This document shows positions 1 to 13,899 of a stretch of DNA of 37,895 nucleotides, piece after piece. The notes under the pieces were generated by a model. That model worked only from the letters and a program-made list of their open reading frames with translations, searched no databases and was not told the DNA's origin. A program made the position numbers and the translations under genes. Source of the DNA: Welwitschia mirabilis (Eukaryota); assembly GCA_051453625.1 (NCBI GenBank), contig JBOZIK010000001.1:4555481-4593375 (forward strand). Reading direction: 5' to 3'. Within the stretch, counting starts at the first letter, position 1. Each line of letters opens with the position of its first letter.

Positions 1-1499
1 TGTTCGTGGTTATCGTGAGTTAGTGGTGTCATAAAATCAGGAATTCTAGTTGTGAATTTGTCCTATTTATATGTACTTCTGTAACTTGTTTTAAAAAACG
101 AAATACAAGTATTCCTCCCGTTTAAGTTACTTGTTCCGGACTTCTTCTTGTTTCAGTTTTTAACATTCTTCCCATCATTTCTGATCTGATGCTCCTCTGC
201 GTTCAGTTGCCACCTGCTCCATCTGCTTTTCTGAGTGTGTCGCTACCTCCTTCGATTTTGTGTGTCGCTCTTGCTGTCTCTTACTTGAACGCAAAGCCTT
301 ACTGCGTTTCTTCTGTGTGTATTCTTCTCGCATTGTCTGCTTCTGATCGTTCTTGTGTTTACAGTGTGATTCTGCTCTTCTATGTTTTTGTTCTGTTGAT
401 ACGTGTCCCTTTTTTCCTGTATCTTTCTTTGTTGCAAGGCCTTTCCCGTGCAGTAAGTGCTCTCCTCTTTGTGATCTGATGTGCCTCTTCCAATCGTTCC
501 ATGATGATGGCTTTTTCTGTGTCACAGTCTTTACTGCGTCCCTGTTCCGTCTTCTCTCCTCTCTGCCCTTCATGAATGCCGCCTCTCTGTTCTTTCTCTT
601 TGATTACCTTTTTTTTTATGCATTCTTGCTGGTAATTCTTTTTATTATCTCCCTCTCCGCTGGCTGCTGCATTTTTCTGCTGTTGCGTCGCTTATCCAAA
701 TTTCCTTCGAAATTCGCTGAGCTTTTATCCATCTTCTTCTCCCAGGCAATGGACGGAAGCATTCGATATACACTGAGATTAAAGGCGTCTCTGAAGTCTG
801 GCTCAAAATCCTAGGTGTCAAAAGCTCTGTAGACCAGATGAGGAATCATCCGTAGAATATTACTCTTTGAAATGCACATGGAGTAAGAATCGCGATCCGC
901 TTTTCTTCCGTCACCGTGTCTCTACCATCTCCTCAATGCGCGGGCTTCTTCTGTTCGCAGCGTCGTTGACTGCAGGCCTGCCTGGTCTCCTGAAGTGCTG
1001 TGTTTGAAGCGCCTTTCAATGCTAGCGCCTTTGATCTCCTGTGCTTAGCCTCTGCAGCACAACTGCCTTCCCATTCACATCTGTAGTCTGTGATGGTAGT
1101 GAAAGCAAATACCACACTGCGAGTGAAATACAGATAGCTAACAACATAGAACTGCCGGAAGAGCGTTTAACTTCTCCAAATTTCTTGCCACCTTTCCATC
1201 AGTCTTGGATGCTTCTCTGAGATTTTTAATAGACCAGATAGTAACTCTTGTGTTTGATTCAAGACATATTGACAACTTCTCAACACCAACTAAAAAGCCA
1301 TGCAAGTCCTTGGATCATTTGATGGTGGGGGCATGCAAACAGGCTTCATAAAGAGGCCTTAAATCTTCTTTTTCTTTAGGAGATGTAAAATTGAGCAGCA
1401 CATCCTGATTGTATAACTTACATAGAGATGAGGGTTTATGTTATAAGATGGGTGAAAGGCAATGAATGGATGGGTATGAGTTATTTAGGTATGGGAGTA

Positions 1500-3170
1500 T
1501 GGTCAAACTTCGATGATCATAGAAGGTGATAAAAGTATGTATCCACACCCATTAATTACTTATTTGTAAAGAGTAGGATATATTAACTCTCTTGATGATC
1601 AAGTTTGTATCTTCGACCAAGGGGAGGTTCTACTTCGATGAGAGTCTTTGATTGCATTTGATTTCAATAATTTTTTGGCATAATTTGTCCAACTAAGGTA
1701 TATTGCCTTATTCCTTTAAATAATTTTCATCCTCAAATAATAGTGTACTAGAGTTAATACTAAAGACTCCAACTTCATAGCTAGTTGATTAGCAAGGTCC
1801 TTAATCCATGGTACATCTAGTCCTATAACTAATAAGTCATTAACATGAAAGGCTAAGAACATTTTTGTTACATCTAATTCCATGAGAATGAGCTCATTTA
1901 AAGCTAATTTATCCTTCTTGATTCCAACCTCATAATAAATTTATAAAACCAAAAATACGAAACTTTTAGTCTTTGTTGTAGACCATATAAAAAATTCTTT
2001 AGTTTTATACTAAGCTTAGATTTTTGTCGTCTTGAACTTTAGCATTGAAACCATTGATAAGTTTCATAAAAAAATTAGCATTAAAACCATTGAGAAGTTT
2101 CATAAAAAAGTTATCTTCTAAATCTCCATATAGAAATGATAATTTAATGTCAATCTATAATATTTTATAATTCAACATTACTATAGAATTGATCAATGCT
2201 CTTATTGTTAGCATTCTTACTTTTACTGTAAATATTTTATTCTAATCCATCCCAAGGACATGTGAAGATCCTTGTTTTACTACTTTAACTTATGTTTCTT
2301 CGTGTTTTTAAATTCATAAGATTTACCTGTGTTCACCCATTTCGGACCAATAATGTTTTTATTCATTGATCTAGGAACTACTTTGTAGATTTCTACTTTT
2401 ATTGATAACTCATATGGTCTATTTATAAATTCCCTGCATTCTTTTATGAAAAGCACATCACTAATGGCTTTGGAGTGATTATCCTGGGGTGTACAACATA
2501 GATTATATCATGATCTTCCATAAGTGAACTCCTACTTATGATGATTCCTTCTCTTATATTTGTATTGACATCTCTACCTAAATCTTTTAGTAACATTCAT
2601 ACCCATCTTAATGTTTTTAGATACCTTTCTTCATTATCATTAGAGGTAACTTGTTGGAGATCTTTATATGTCCATGGGTTCTTTATGAAATGTAGGTTTC
2701 ATGTAGATTGTCCTTAATATTCATAATGTCTTTTAGGTTGCATTGGTTATTTAGGTCTTTATTTTACTTGACATTTTCTATAGTTTACCAACATTGGATC
2801 TTATTTCACTAAATATCATATCCCTAGTGAGAATTATCCTCTTCCCTATGGGAATTTGTATTTTGTAGGCTTTTTCATGGTATACATAGTAGTGAAGATT
2901 CCTTGCATAACGTCAGCTATAGATTTCACTCTATTTTGGATATGTAAATAGGCCCTACATCCAAAATTTTATTAGATGATTAATTACATACTTTAAGTTA
3001 TTTCATATTTATAATTAGCTTGTAGAATTTCAACGCTTTTGAGGACATGCTAATAATGATGTGTGCTAAGTTCATTAGGTCATCTTCTCATCATTCAACT
3101 TTCATTTCGCATGTTCTAACATGCACCTTGTCATCTCACATAAGGTTCTATTCTTCTTTTTTTTATACGA
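1500..3170 (-). mobile_element. Degenerate Ty1/copia pol fragment (integrase to RT)
   Basis: Minus-strand motifs KNRTLCEMTRCMLEHA (~3155-3108; integrase), *IDIKLSFLYGDLED (~2158-2114; cf. QMDVKTAFLHGDLEE), LYGLQQ (~1990) and AFHVND (~1850; cf. LYVDD). Many stops; boundaries approximate. Confidence 0.8.
2039..2110. repeat. 36-bp tandem duplication
   Basis: ttagcattgaaaccattgataagtttcataaaaaaa followed directly by ttagcattaaaaccattgagaagtttcataaaaaag. Confidence 0.85.
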
Positions 3171-3303
3171 CATTTTAAAAAAATGAAAATATGAGCTTTA
3201 TATTATTTCTATATTACCTTGCTTTTCAAGGTGGGTTCATTTTAAAAAAATGAAAATATGAGCTTTATATTATTTCTATATTACCTTGCTTTTCAAGGTG
3301 GGT
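3171..3303. repeat. 67-bp tandem duplication
   Basis: cattttaaaaaaatgaaaatatgagc...ttttcaaggtgggt occurs at 3171 and again at 3238, essentially identical. Confidence 0.9.
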
Positions 3304-5344
3304 CTCACCTTGGAAATAGCCATATATAATGGATGTTGTGTCGGGGGCATGATGAATAGGACGTTCCCGAAATATCTGGTTTATTCATTCTATAATTCAC
3401 GTATGTGTATGGCCTTTTCTTTTTGGGTGCTTATTTTGCTTTTTATAAATTGAAAAACTTTCTCCACGGAACATAAAGGCTTTAGATTACCCATAAGGAA
3501 CTGAGGTCACCACATCCTCGGCGTGGTAGAAGTAGTCCTTTATCTTGACCCCTAATCAGGAGTCATAGGTATGAATCACGTGTATATAGTATGGTTATAG
3601 CGCTACTGGCAAGAGTCATACAGTTATACAACGGTGGGGTGGGGTGCCCTGTCATAACAGCGATACTAGCTCACCTTTCCATTTTCAACTAGCTTATAGA
3701 ATTTGATAAAATCTATACTATTTGACTCTTATGCCTTTCATAGGATATAGGTGTACCATTCAAATAAAGTCATATATAATTAGTAAATGGCAACTAGTAC
3801 CTACATTTAAAGTTACATTTCACATAACACTACATCATCATGTATTAATTTTAATGCTATTAATGCTCTCCATTCTACAGCTTTCGATGTTGTTGTGTTA
3901 GTTTTTTTTTTCAATTTTTATTACAATTTATTATAGAGAATTAAGATATTTTGTGGTTTAACTCTGTAAGAATTTTTTAATAATTGTGATAGATATCTTA
4001 CACTCGTGTATCCTAGTATCTAATGCTAAAGATTAACATTAACATTAATAAACATAAAAGAGATATATTCAAACATGCCATTCTTCCTAATAACTAGAGA
4101 TACAATTTCACTATGTTTCTAATTATTATTTATTTTTTGGCTTTCCATCATCTAATTCCATCATAATTTTGTGACTAGAGTTTATTAATTTTATGGTAAA
4201 AAGCCAATTTATTTAAAAATTTATGCATCATTTATTTAAATATTTTATTACTAATTTGAGTATTAGCTTTACTAATATTTGCATGAAAACATTTTTATTA
4301 CAATAGTCAAAAAAAAATAAGTAACTAGTATTAAATTCTTTTTAAGAAATTCTTTACAAGTTTATTTTTTGAAATAAGCACAGCCAATGTACCAAAAACA
4401 TAAATCTTTATTATCATCATCATCATTAGAGTAATAATGATCTACAAGTTTCCTCTCTAAGAAGAGTTTATTTAAATTTAAATCATTATCCATTAAAACA
4501 TTATTTACATATCCATGATTATCTTGTCACTCAACTTTAACATGACTATGCTCTATTTTTAGGTTTTTGTTTTCATCATAAAGTTTGTAGATGCTATTAT
4601 TAACAAAAATGATGACTGATGCATGGAAACACTATTGTGTTTAACTTGCAACATGGCCATCCTGATATGTAAGTCCCAGTTGGTGGGATTAGCTATGTAC
4701 TACAAAAAAATGTATTATTACGATTCCCTTGTGTGAGACATTTTCTTCCTTACCTTTTCTTCTTTCTTATTCTTTCAATTTTACAATTAGTAATGAATCA
4801 TTTGATTCTTTTTTTTGTAGAATAAGAAATTTTCACAAAATTTACTTTCTTATCTAGTCTACATAATTTCTTTCATCTTTATGAAATATATATGTTTCCT
4901 ATTATCATGGTGTTTTTTTGCTATCTTTTTGTTCATCGCTTCTTTCATTATATTTTTAGCCTGGCATAGCTTATGCTTAAAATATTTAACATTTCTATAA
5001 AGTGGTTAAAGGTATAAATAAACTACTTCTAAGAGCTTAGAAGGGATTTAATGATATAGTTGATTGTTCTTATTTCATGAACTTCTCTTTCATGCTCCCT
5101 AATATCTTTGTGTATGAAGTTTACCTTGCTAATACATTAATATATCCTTTTATTTTATTTCATTCTTAAATTATTTCCTTTGGTTAGCAATATTTTAAGT
5201 ATGAATTTATTAGTTTATCTATATAACTTCTTAAACTTTGTGCACATCGCTTTTGCACATGGCATTTTTCTAATCGTGGCTATGATCATTGGATTACAAA
5301 TAGTAACAATACTACTTTCTTAATCATCTAAGGTAGCTCTATAG

Positions 5345-5350
<6 letters not shown>

Positions 5351-5419
<69 letters not shown>

Positions 5420-5519
5420 NNNNNNNNNNNNNNNNNNNNNNNNNNNNNNNNNNNNNNNNNNNNNNNNNNNNNNNNNNNNNNNNNNNNNNNNNNNNNNNNN
5501 NNNNNNNNNNNNNNNNNNN

Positions 5520-5558
<39 letters not shown>
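5351..5558. repeat. (CT)n microsatellite spanning a 100-N gap
   Basis: Perfect CT repeats on both sides of Ns 5420-5519; true length unknown. Confidence 0.97.
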
Positions 5559-5560
<2 letters not shown>

Positions 5561-6239
5561 CTCGCTCACTCGCTCGCTCACTCTTGCATAGTTGGCTCCC
5601 TTTTTAGCATCTTGTTTATTAAGTAAGATTAAAGTACAACAATACTAATATCATTTCGAATTAAGTAGTTAACCACTTATTTTAGGATGTTTATTTCAAG
5701 AATTTTAAACCTTAGAAGCATCCACAATTCTACTAGGAATTCTTCTTGTAGTAAAGGTCTAAGCGTTGCTATTGCTGTTGTTGATAATTATCCTTAAGGT
5801 CATCATGTTGAGACTTCATGGAAGGACTTAGTATTTCCTCATGAAATTAAGAAGAACAAAATTCTTCTTTAGTTTGTACAAATTTTTAAGTCATGAATTA
5901 ATCTAAGAGAGTTTTTATTAGAATGACTTTAATGCCATGTAATGATTTCAATGAAATCTAAAAATTAAAGAGAAAAATATAAACAGAAAAACTTTAAAAT
6001 TTTTCAAAATTAAATAAAAGATTAAATTAAAGCCTCTTATTTAAAAAGTTTTCTAGACTCTCCTAAATTGCTTATAACATTAAACAATAAGATACTACAT
6101 AGCATACAATTACATGAATGGTTATGTCCTTCCTTAATTTTAGATCATGACTTTTGATCATACTAATTACATGAAACAAAATTCATTATAATAATTTCCT
6201 TATAAAATAATAAAATCATGGTGTTCTTCATAAAATCAT

Positions 6240-8200
6240 ATTATGAAATTGAATTATCACCATGAATTTAGTAGCTTCAGTAATAAGAATACATTGGACT
6301 TTTATTGATCTCATTAGAAGTCTGAGGAATTCATCATAGAATATTATACACGAAGCTTATGAATTTATGATTTCATGGTTAGGATTATATGACATAATCT
6401 AAGACTCATGATAAAAAGTTACACATTTACTTATCCTCCATAGACATTTCTATGGATAGTTATAATAGGAGTCATAAGGATAAAAAAGAAGATCATCTTC
6501 AAGTGTAACTTTAAAGAAAGAAGGGAAATTGACCTTAATCTCTTTTGGATCTCTTATAATTTAGAGTTATCTTGCATATGTCAATTACCTTTACAATATT
6601 AAATAGTAAAAATGAATAATTCGAATTGTACTTATATATTTTTTGTTAGGGGTAGTTGAAAACCTTGGTTAAATGCAAATATTTTAGTATTATTATTATA
6701 GAACTTCTTCTTTTTTTTTTAAATTTTAATTTCAACAATAGATTTTGAACGCCTTTTGTGATTACTATATAAAGACAAGATATAAACTTTTTTATTTAAC
6801 TTTTTCAGAGTGTTTTAGAATTTGTTTCCAAAATATGTCTTACATAAACATACTATCTAAAATTCCATCAAACAAAAATAGAAGAATATCTGAAATGTTC
6901 TATCATTCAAATCTTACTACTTTATTTGATACCTATAAGGGGCAACAAAAAAACTCATAAGTATTCAAATATTTTTATTTCATTCACTCTTTGACACATG
7001 TTGGTTCTAATCCATTTTAATATATTCTCTTAGAGATGTTATTAAATCCTTGATTATGTCTTTAAGTTCTTTCTACTTATAGTTCAATCTTTGTGAATTC
7101 TTAATCGGGCTTCTAATCTAGGTTACAAACTTTGTTATTGAACTTTGGATCTAAGGAGGGTATGCAATATTTATAAGACTAACTTTTGGGTATTTGTAGT
7201 TTCTAACTTTTGGTTTGTGCATGATACATTAATTTTGTCTTCTTGTAACTTCTTATTACAAAAGATCTAGTTTGGTATTTTTCTTACTTTAGAATTTGTC
7301 TGTCTTCTACTTATGATGGTTAGAGGTTTTGGACTTTATAATGATTATATATTAAATGCCTAATAATTTTTTCTCAATGTCTTATCTCTAGTAACAAATA
7401 ATTATAGGTAGGAAAGATTTTACATCTTCCTCTACAAATGTTTTGTTTGATTACACAAATTTTTTCCATCTTTATTCATTAAATTCCCCCTCTCATGTTG
7501 ATTTTACTCATTATGTAGTTTTCTTATTCCTTTATTGAGTTTATATGATTGTGATCTTATGCCATGGTATTATTTTATTTAGTTTATGAAGTAGAAACTT
7601 AACTAGGAACTTTATTAAATAATTACTAAACTAATAAATTAGGCAATAAAGATTACTTCGATAATAAATGTTACTAGTAATGTAATAATAATTATAACTA
7701 ATATTTTATGACTAAATATATTTAGACTTCATAATAACATAGGCTTATTAGTTCCATGTTGAAATTTCCATGTTGAAGCAAGTAGATAACATAGATCAAG
7801 AAACTAAACTTCATATTTATGCATTAAGGTTCTTTATTTAATTAGTCATGACCTCAAGATTTGGTTATGGATCTAAGAATGCCATGACTACTTACTATCC
7901 AGTGTAGTTATTACTTTACATAGTTGCTTCATATTTGATTCCACATTCTTCACCATACTTATACACTTCACATCCTTCGTATTACGAGCTTATGTAAAAT
8001 GTCACTAAGTATTGGAAATAGGTGTATTGATTCCACTACAATCTTTCACTTTCATTTAGGGTAAGATAATGGATATATAATAAGTTCGTCCTTTAGGATT
8101 TAATAAATAGAGATATCCCTAACACATGATATAATGTCTATATTCATAATATACAGAAAACCTTTTTATGAAATATGATGCATGTACTTTTTAGTTAGGT
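6240..8200 (+). mobile_element. Highly decayed Ty1/copia RT and RNase H fragments
   Basis: Residual motifs NKNTLD-like (~6280; cf. KNNTWxLV), LAYVN (~6570; cf. LYVDD), an RNase H-like stretch at ~7970-8080 and an NPxFHE-like stretch at ~8150. May be more than one element. Confidence 0.45.
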
Positions 8201-8399
8201 CATACATGATTTTACACAAAATACTTTAAAAAAATATTTTTCATTATTTTACATCTATAAACTCTAGAAATAGATTTATTTAAAGGGTATGAAAATTTTG
8301 TGATTTTTTTCCCCCTAAGTAGGTACCAATTCAAGTTATTACTGAATATAGGATTTTAGTACCTAGGTTAAATGATATGACTTTACCAATGTTCAGCTA

Positions 8400-11300
8400 T
8401 TTAACTTGACTTTAGTCACCATCCAAGGAACTGGCATCATTGTTTAGAGAATTGATACTAACAGCATTCAAAAACATACTAGATCTCACTTTTATGGCAG
8501 TAAAAATCAAATCTCAAATCATTAATTTAAATCAACAAATAAGAATGAAAACCCAAAAACTAGAAAATTAATGATAGGGTTCAACTTGGTTTGCATCCTA
8601 ATTAAGCAATCTTATCCAAATTCAATATACCTTTAAGCTAAAGTGGTGTAAGACTCTAATTTCAATGCTATAAAAGAAGAAATAATCCCAAGAGTTAGTA
8701 ATCATAAATTCAATCTTTGATTCTATAGTTATATTGGATTTGATTTCACATTCAAACATTTACAATCCATACTTAGTTATCCATCTTTTATATTTCTTAT
8801 CCTCCAATACTTTCTTAATGTCTTCTATGACCAATATAAAGGCTTATTTTAACATGGGTTTTTATACCTTTTTTCTCCCTTTGTAAGCATAAGGAGGTGA
8901 TTATTTCATAAGAAAACTCCCTTTCCAAGCCTACTTGTCAATTTTTAAATTATTATTTTTTTCCCATATTTTCATTGTTTGTTAATAAATTTTACTTCTG
9001 GTTGAATGTTTTCTATTTTACTTTCATCATTGATTCATCTATAATAGTATGTAATGCAATAGGACCTCTTGAATGTTCTTATAATAATTGGTGTTAGTTG
9101 ATAATTACATTAATGCTTTGTTAAGATATTTAGATTAAGATGGTTGATGTATTAAATCTATGAGATCTATGATGCTTTTCATTTCCTACATCACACTATG
9201 GGATAATCCATCATTGAACAATGATTATATTGTTTGATATTATAAGTTCTTTCATGCATTTTAATAACATTCAAGGTTTGTAATAAATAATCTATTACAT
9301 AGGCCCATGATGTTCTTATTCTTTAATGATTTAGAATAATAGGTTAAAGAAATGATGACAATTAATATGGTTTCCTTAGTTTAGGATTTCTTTAGATTTT
9401 TTATGGTAGTGACCACTCCCAATGGCTAGGAGGAGAAAGATTCATCCATTATTTCCTCTGTTCTTAAAAGCATTAGGAGGAAAAGGAACCATTCTTTTTT
9501 TTTTAATTTGGTTTAAATAAATGATATAGATGTGAGCATTTAATATCTCTTGTAGTCTCTGTGGAACAACAAAAATTAGGATTGCCTTATGCTACGACTC
9601 ACAAGCCTTTTTTGTATCTAAACTATTATCCTCTCCCTTGGCAGCTACTGCATATCTTTTGCTTTTGTTGAGTACTATTGTGGAATATATTTTATAGCAC
9701 AAGGAACATTGTACGGTTTTTCTTGAATTTTATTTGTTAAGGTGTAGTATTTTTCATTCAAAGATAAGAAAATTAAAAAAAACATAATAATAAGATATAA
9801 CTCTCTATTAAATATGATTAAAAATAATAAACGATAGCATAGTTGGTTCAACCCATATTTATAAGTCGAGAGCTTTAATCTCTTATATTTGAATCCTATG
9901 GTATTTAGGTTGGCTTGTGGTTTATATGCATGTATTCAATGCACATATGAGTGTAGGATTCAATGTCTTGGGTATGGATCATAGTTGAGATCCGGAAATT
10001 TGGTGGTTAACTCCCAAACTAGCAAGATCATCATGGGTTTTTACCTAGTTAAGAAAACCAATAACTCTAGCAAGTGAAATATGATTTCTCTTGAAAGAGT
10101 AAAAAAAGAAATAGACCAAACAACATAATAAATCAGGGGCAATGTTGAACCTAAACTTCTAATGACTCTCTTTCATCCTTACAAGTACAACCATTATGAT
10201 TAATACAACAAATAATTGCAATTATCTTTAAGGCCTCATGATACACTAATTAAGTCATCCAAAGGTTCAAACCCATGACATCCTTAATGGAGGATGAACG
10301 TCTCACTAGTAAGACTATCATTCCATTAGCAAAAAAACACAATAAATTATTATTTATGGCATAAAGGCATAATAATACAATTCAATGGTAAGAAGTGTAA
10401 AATTTCATTATGGTTCAAGTAATAAAGCATGACCTTAAAAAGGAATTCAAAGGTCCTTATAAGGATTGTTCTAATCATAGGAATAAGGCAAATGCATTTA
10501 GATTCAATATACTTTAAGAGTATTTATATAAATATTATCTAGGTAAATATTATAGCTTAATGGAATAACTCCATATACACCAACTAATATTATTACCCCT
10601 TCTTTACAAAACTATCTTTGAAAATTTTACTAAATCATATAAGATTCATGTGAAATTCTCGAATGGTAAAAGTGATATGCTACTGTTGAAAAGAAAGGGG
10701 AAATGCTTGCACTTATAATTTGTAATATACTATTTTTATACTCTAATTACATTATTTACAGGTATATGAATATACTAGAGGCCTTGAACAAAAACCAAAG
10801 TATTGCATCCTATTTTTTTAAAAAGGGGAACTAAAAAGATTAACATTGAATAGTGTAGGAGCTCTCAACTATAAGATATGAAATGTAATTTGCTTACTTG
10901 GAAAATGAAGGATTTATTTGAATCTTACGTTAATGCTTGCAATATCCATATCTAATGAAAGAGAAGAGAAACCACCATAATAATAACAACAACAACAACA
11001 ATAATAAAGAGAACTAATGAAAATATAATAATAAAGAAAGCTAGACGTTAGTTGAATTAAAAGGGGGTATTGTGTTATGATTTAATAAGATAATCAATAC
11101 AATCACAAGTAATATCATACCTGATGCAACTTCTTATGTACAAGTAATAATGGATAATTATTTATATCTATTCATAATTATTGCTTATGATACTTATTCA
11201 AGTCATAATCTCAAAAACATTATTGAATCAAGTATCAATGTTGTGCCCCTTTTGTAGAAGTTAACGAATGGATTATGCTATTTAATTCATTCATAATACA

Positions 11301-12500
11301 TTACTTTGGGATAGTGACATCACAACATAAAATTGCTTATCAAAATCAATTATGGATTAGCATCAATATAAGCTCAAATTTGTTTAAAAAAGCCTAGATA
11401 ACACTATTGTTTAAATAAAAAATAAGGAAAAAATTTTATAACTACAACATATCATAATACACTAAAGGTAATACCACAATTAATACTATTTTATGGTACT
11501 TAGGAATATGTAGCTTTAATTTTTTTTTTAAGAAAATTATTTTCATTATTAGATTGAGATAATACCATAATAAGGGATTGTTGTAAAGAATTTTCAATAG
11601 TATGAAAACAAGTTATCAGTACACAATGAAAATCAATGTTCTTTTTAGTTTATTTTAGTTTATGATAATATTGGCTTGGAATTAGAAAGTTCCCTTTAAT
11701 TTTCTACATTATTTTAAACCATCAAATAAAAATGTTTTTCCCCTCAAAACTTTCATAAATCATTTATAACAAGCTACACATTTCACAAATCATCTATAAC
11801 CACCTAGGCATTTTAAGGAATGATATAAAAATCAATACATATTGTTTACTCTTTAATTATAGCTTGGAACATCTTGCAACATCATATGATCCCTCCTTAC
11901 CACCCCCTCCCCACCCTCACAACCTTCACTTTTCTTTTTGGGAATAAATCTAATTTATTTCAAATCAATTTTATCAGGTCTAGCTTAGTTTCATAGATAT
12001 TTGTTTCTTGATCTACTTTTAAAAATGGATATCCTCAACATTTTGAAAATTTTAAACTTATTATAGAAGTCAAATGTAAGAAAGGCCTTTATTGAAGCTC
12101 ATATTACCTAAAACTTGGTAGAAATTATTGGTCATATTATGGAACATAAAGAGAATTTTATACAAAACCTCGTTATGGTACAAAATCACTATTTTATAGA
12201 ACCTTAAAAAAAATGAAAAGAAACATTACTTCATAACATCCAAATGTCATCTAAACGTGATATCACTAAGGCTCTACAATTTCACAAATCTTAAAAATAT
12301 AACTCTCTCTTTAAACAAAACACCTCACTTATTTTAATTGTATAATTATTTGATTTGAAAAAAATGATTGTACATAAGGTACTCAAATTCCTTATAACTT
12401 GGCAATTGCTAGGGTTTAATAACCATTAAATATCTATCCAATTTATCACTAGTCTAAGGAGTGCTTTGTGAATTATTAGCTAGTGAATTAATAGCTAAAG
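8400..12500 (-). mobile_element. Decayed L1-type LINE ORF2 fragments (RT, zf-RVT, RNase H-like)
   Basis: Minus-strand remnants LNNDAS (~8445), AWKGSF (~8925), VVRRDH (~11900; cf. GGVVRDH) and PSNCQ (~12410). Fragmentary and interrupted by a SINE; probably several copies. Confidence 0.4.
9835..10110 (+). mobile_element. tRNA-derived SINE-like element, copy 1
   Basis: A-box-like tagcatagttgg at the 5' end and an A-rich 3' end. Homologous to the reverse complement of 15810-16000 (shared agttggttcaacccata, aggttggcttgtggtt, catgtattcaa). Confidence 0.6.
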
Positions 12501-12993
12501 GCAAATTTGCTTTGAAGAATTATGCAAGTAAGTGGCTTAACCATATCTAAATGCCACACATCCTTTAACAAAATCATACCTAAATTTTCCTTTATTTTAT
12601 AATAGATATTTTGTTTTTTAATTTAATTAGGAAATTTACACAAATTTTTGTTTTATGAAATGGCTTCGTAGGCATCTCAACTATATAAAAAGAGTATTTA
12701 TTTAATATTAGAGACCTGATTTTTCAATTTATTCCCTTGAATATTCAAGATTCTAAAAATCTAATAAAACTAAACTTTGTATTATCTTAAACATTACTAA
12801 AGATGATAACGTGGCACACATGTACATATATGGATAACCTTATAACAAAGAATTTCATATTAAAAAATTATCATCAAGCTTCTTGATCCCCATTTATGTT
12901 TTAGCAACTTTTATTATAACTTTATGCTACTAGTGTTATATAAACTAAAATGGATAAGCTCTTTTATGTCCTTCATCAAGCCTTTGAATACCC

Positions 12994-13128
12994 TTCTATG
13001 CAAACTATCTTTCTTGTCTTTGAGCGGTTATTTAGGGGCCTTATTAGGTGATTTAGGTTGTTCCCCTCTTGACAATGAAGCTTATCACTCATCCTTTAAC
13101 TAGCTAACCCTCCCCTCGTTTGAGGTTA
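12994..13128 (-). pseudogene. rrn23: Plastid 23S rRNA-derived nuclear fragment (NUPT)
   Basis: tgagcggttatttaggggccttattaggtgatttaggttgttcccctcttgacaatgaagcttatc aligns by eye with the recalled antisense plastid 23S sequence tgagcggtcatttaggggccttagctggtgatccgggctgtttccctctcgacgatgaagcttatc; differences are mostly C>T and G>A. Confidence 0.8.
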
Positions 13129-13899
13129 ACTTACTCTTTATCACTTTGATTATGCGTTATTCTTATTGTCATAATTTTACAGCTTAGAAAAGATCAAATT
13201 TTGGCTATGTTTTATTATTGATTTCTCATTATTTACAAAAATCATTGTTCTCTCAACTACAAGCTTTATTAAATGTTAAAGTCAAATGTCTATGAAATGT
13301 AAAGTGAAGTGTAATTTAATGCATAGAAAGGAAAAACTTGCAAAAACCATATGTAAGAAAGAATAATAAAAAACTTTGTTTATATTATAAAAATCATTTT
13401 GTATAATCAATACAGTTATAGTTGAAAAAGTTGTTTAAGAATACTTAAAAAAATTAAAATATTTTGATAAATTTTGCTAGGTAATTCTCAACTAACTCTA
13501 CATTTTAACTAGGTTCCATAATATAAACCTCCATATGATACTTTGATATTTTGATTCTGTAATAAGATCCTTAACTATTCTTACTATTATTATTTTACAT
13601 AATTCCCTAAAAAGTAAGAAGGGAAAATTAAAGGGGAAGAACAAAAAACATCAAAAAGACAAATAGAAAGTTGTCATCTATAGGTTACCCATAACAACAC
13701 TAAATGCTAACACTTTATATTCTCGTTTGCTTAGTTTTCTTCTCGTTTTAATAAGCATCCATTAAAAAATTTAACTCTAATGTTCATTATAAAGACCTTA
13801 GACTTCTCTCTTCCTTTAGCATTCATACTCAACTTGTTCGACTTTATGACTAACAATTTGTCATTGATCTTCTACCATAAACAAGTGGTTCTCTTGTCC

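Noticed and set aside
175-814. Overlapping ORFs of 64-153 aa on both strands
   Set aside because: Low-complexity K/R/E or L/F/S products caused by the pyrimidine skew; no recognisable domain.
4400-5330. Possible hAT N-terminal remnant on the minus strand
   Set aside because: A single weak BED-finger-like resemblance near 5270; no supporting motifs confirmed.
5339-5581. 80-aa ER-repeat ORF
   Set aside because: Translation of the (CT)n microsatellite and the N gap.
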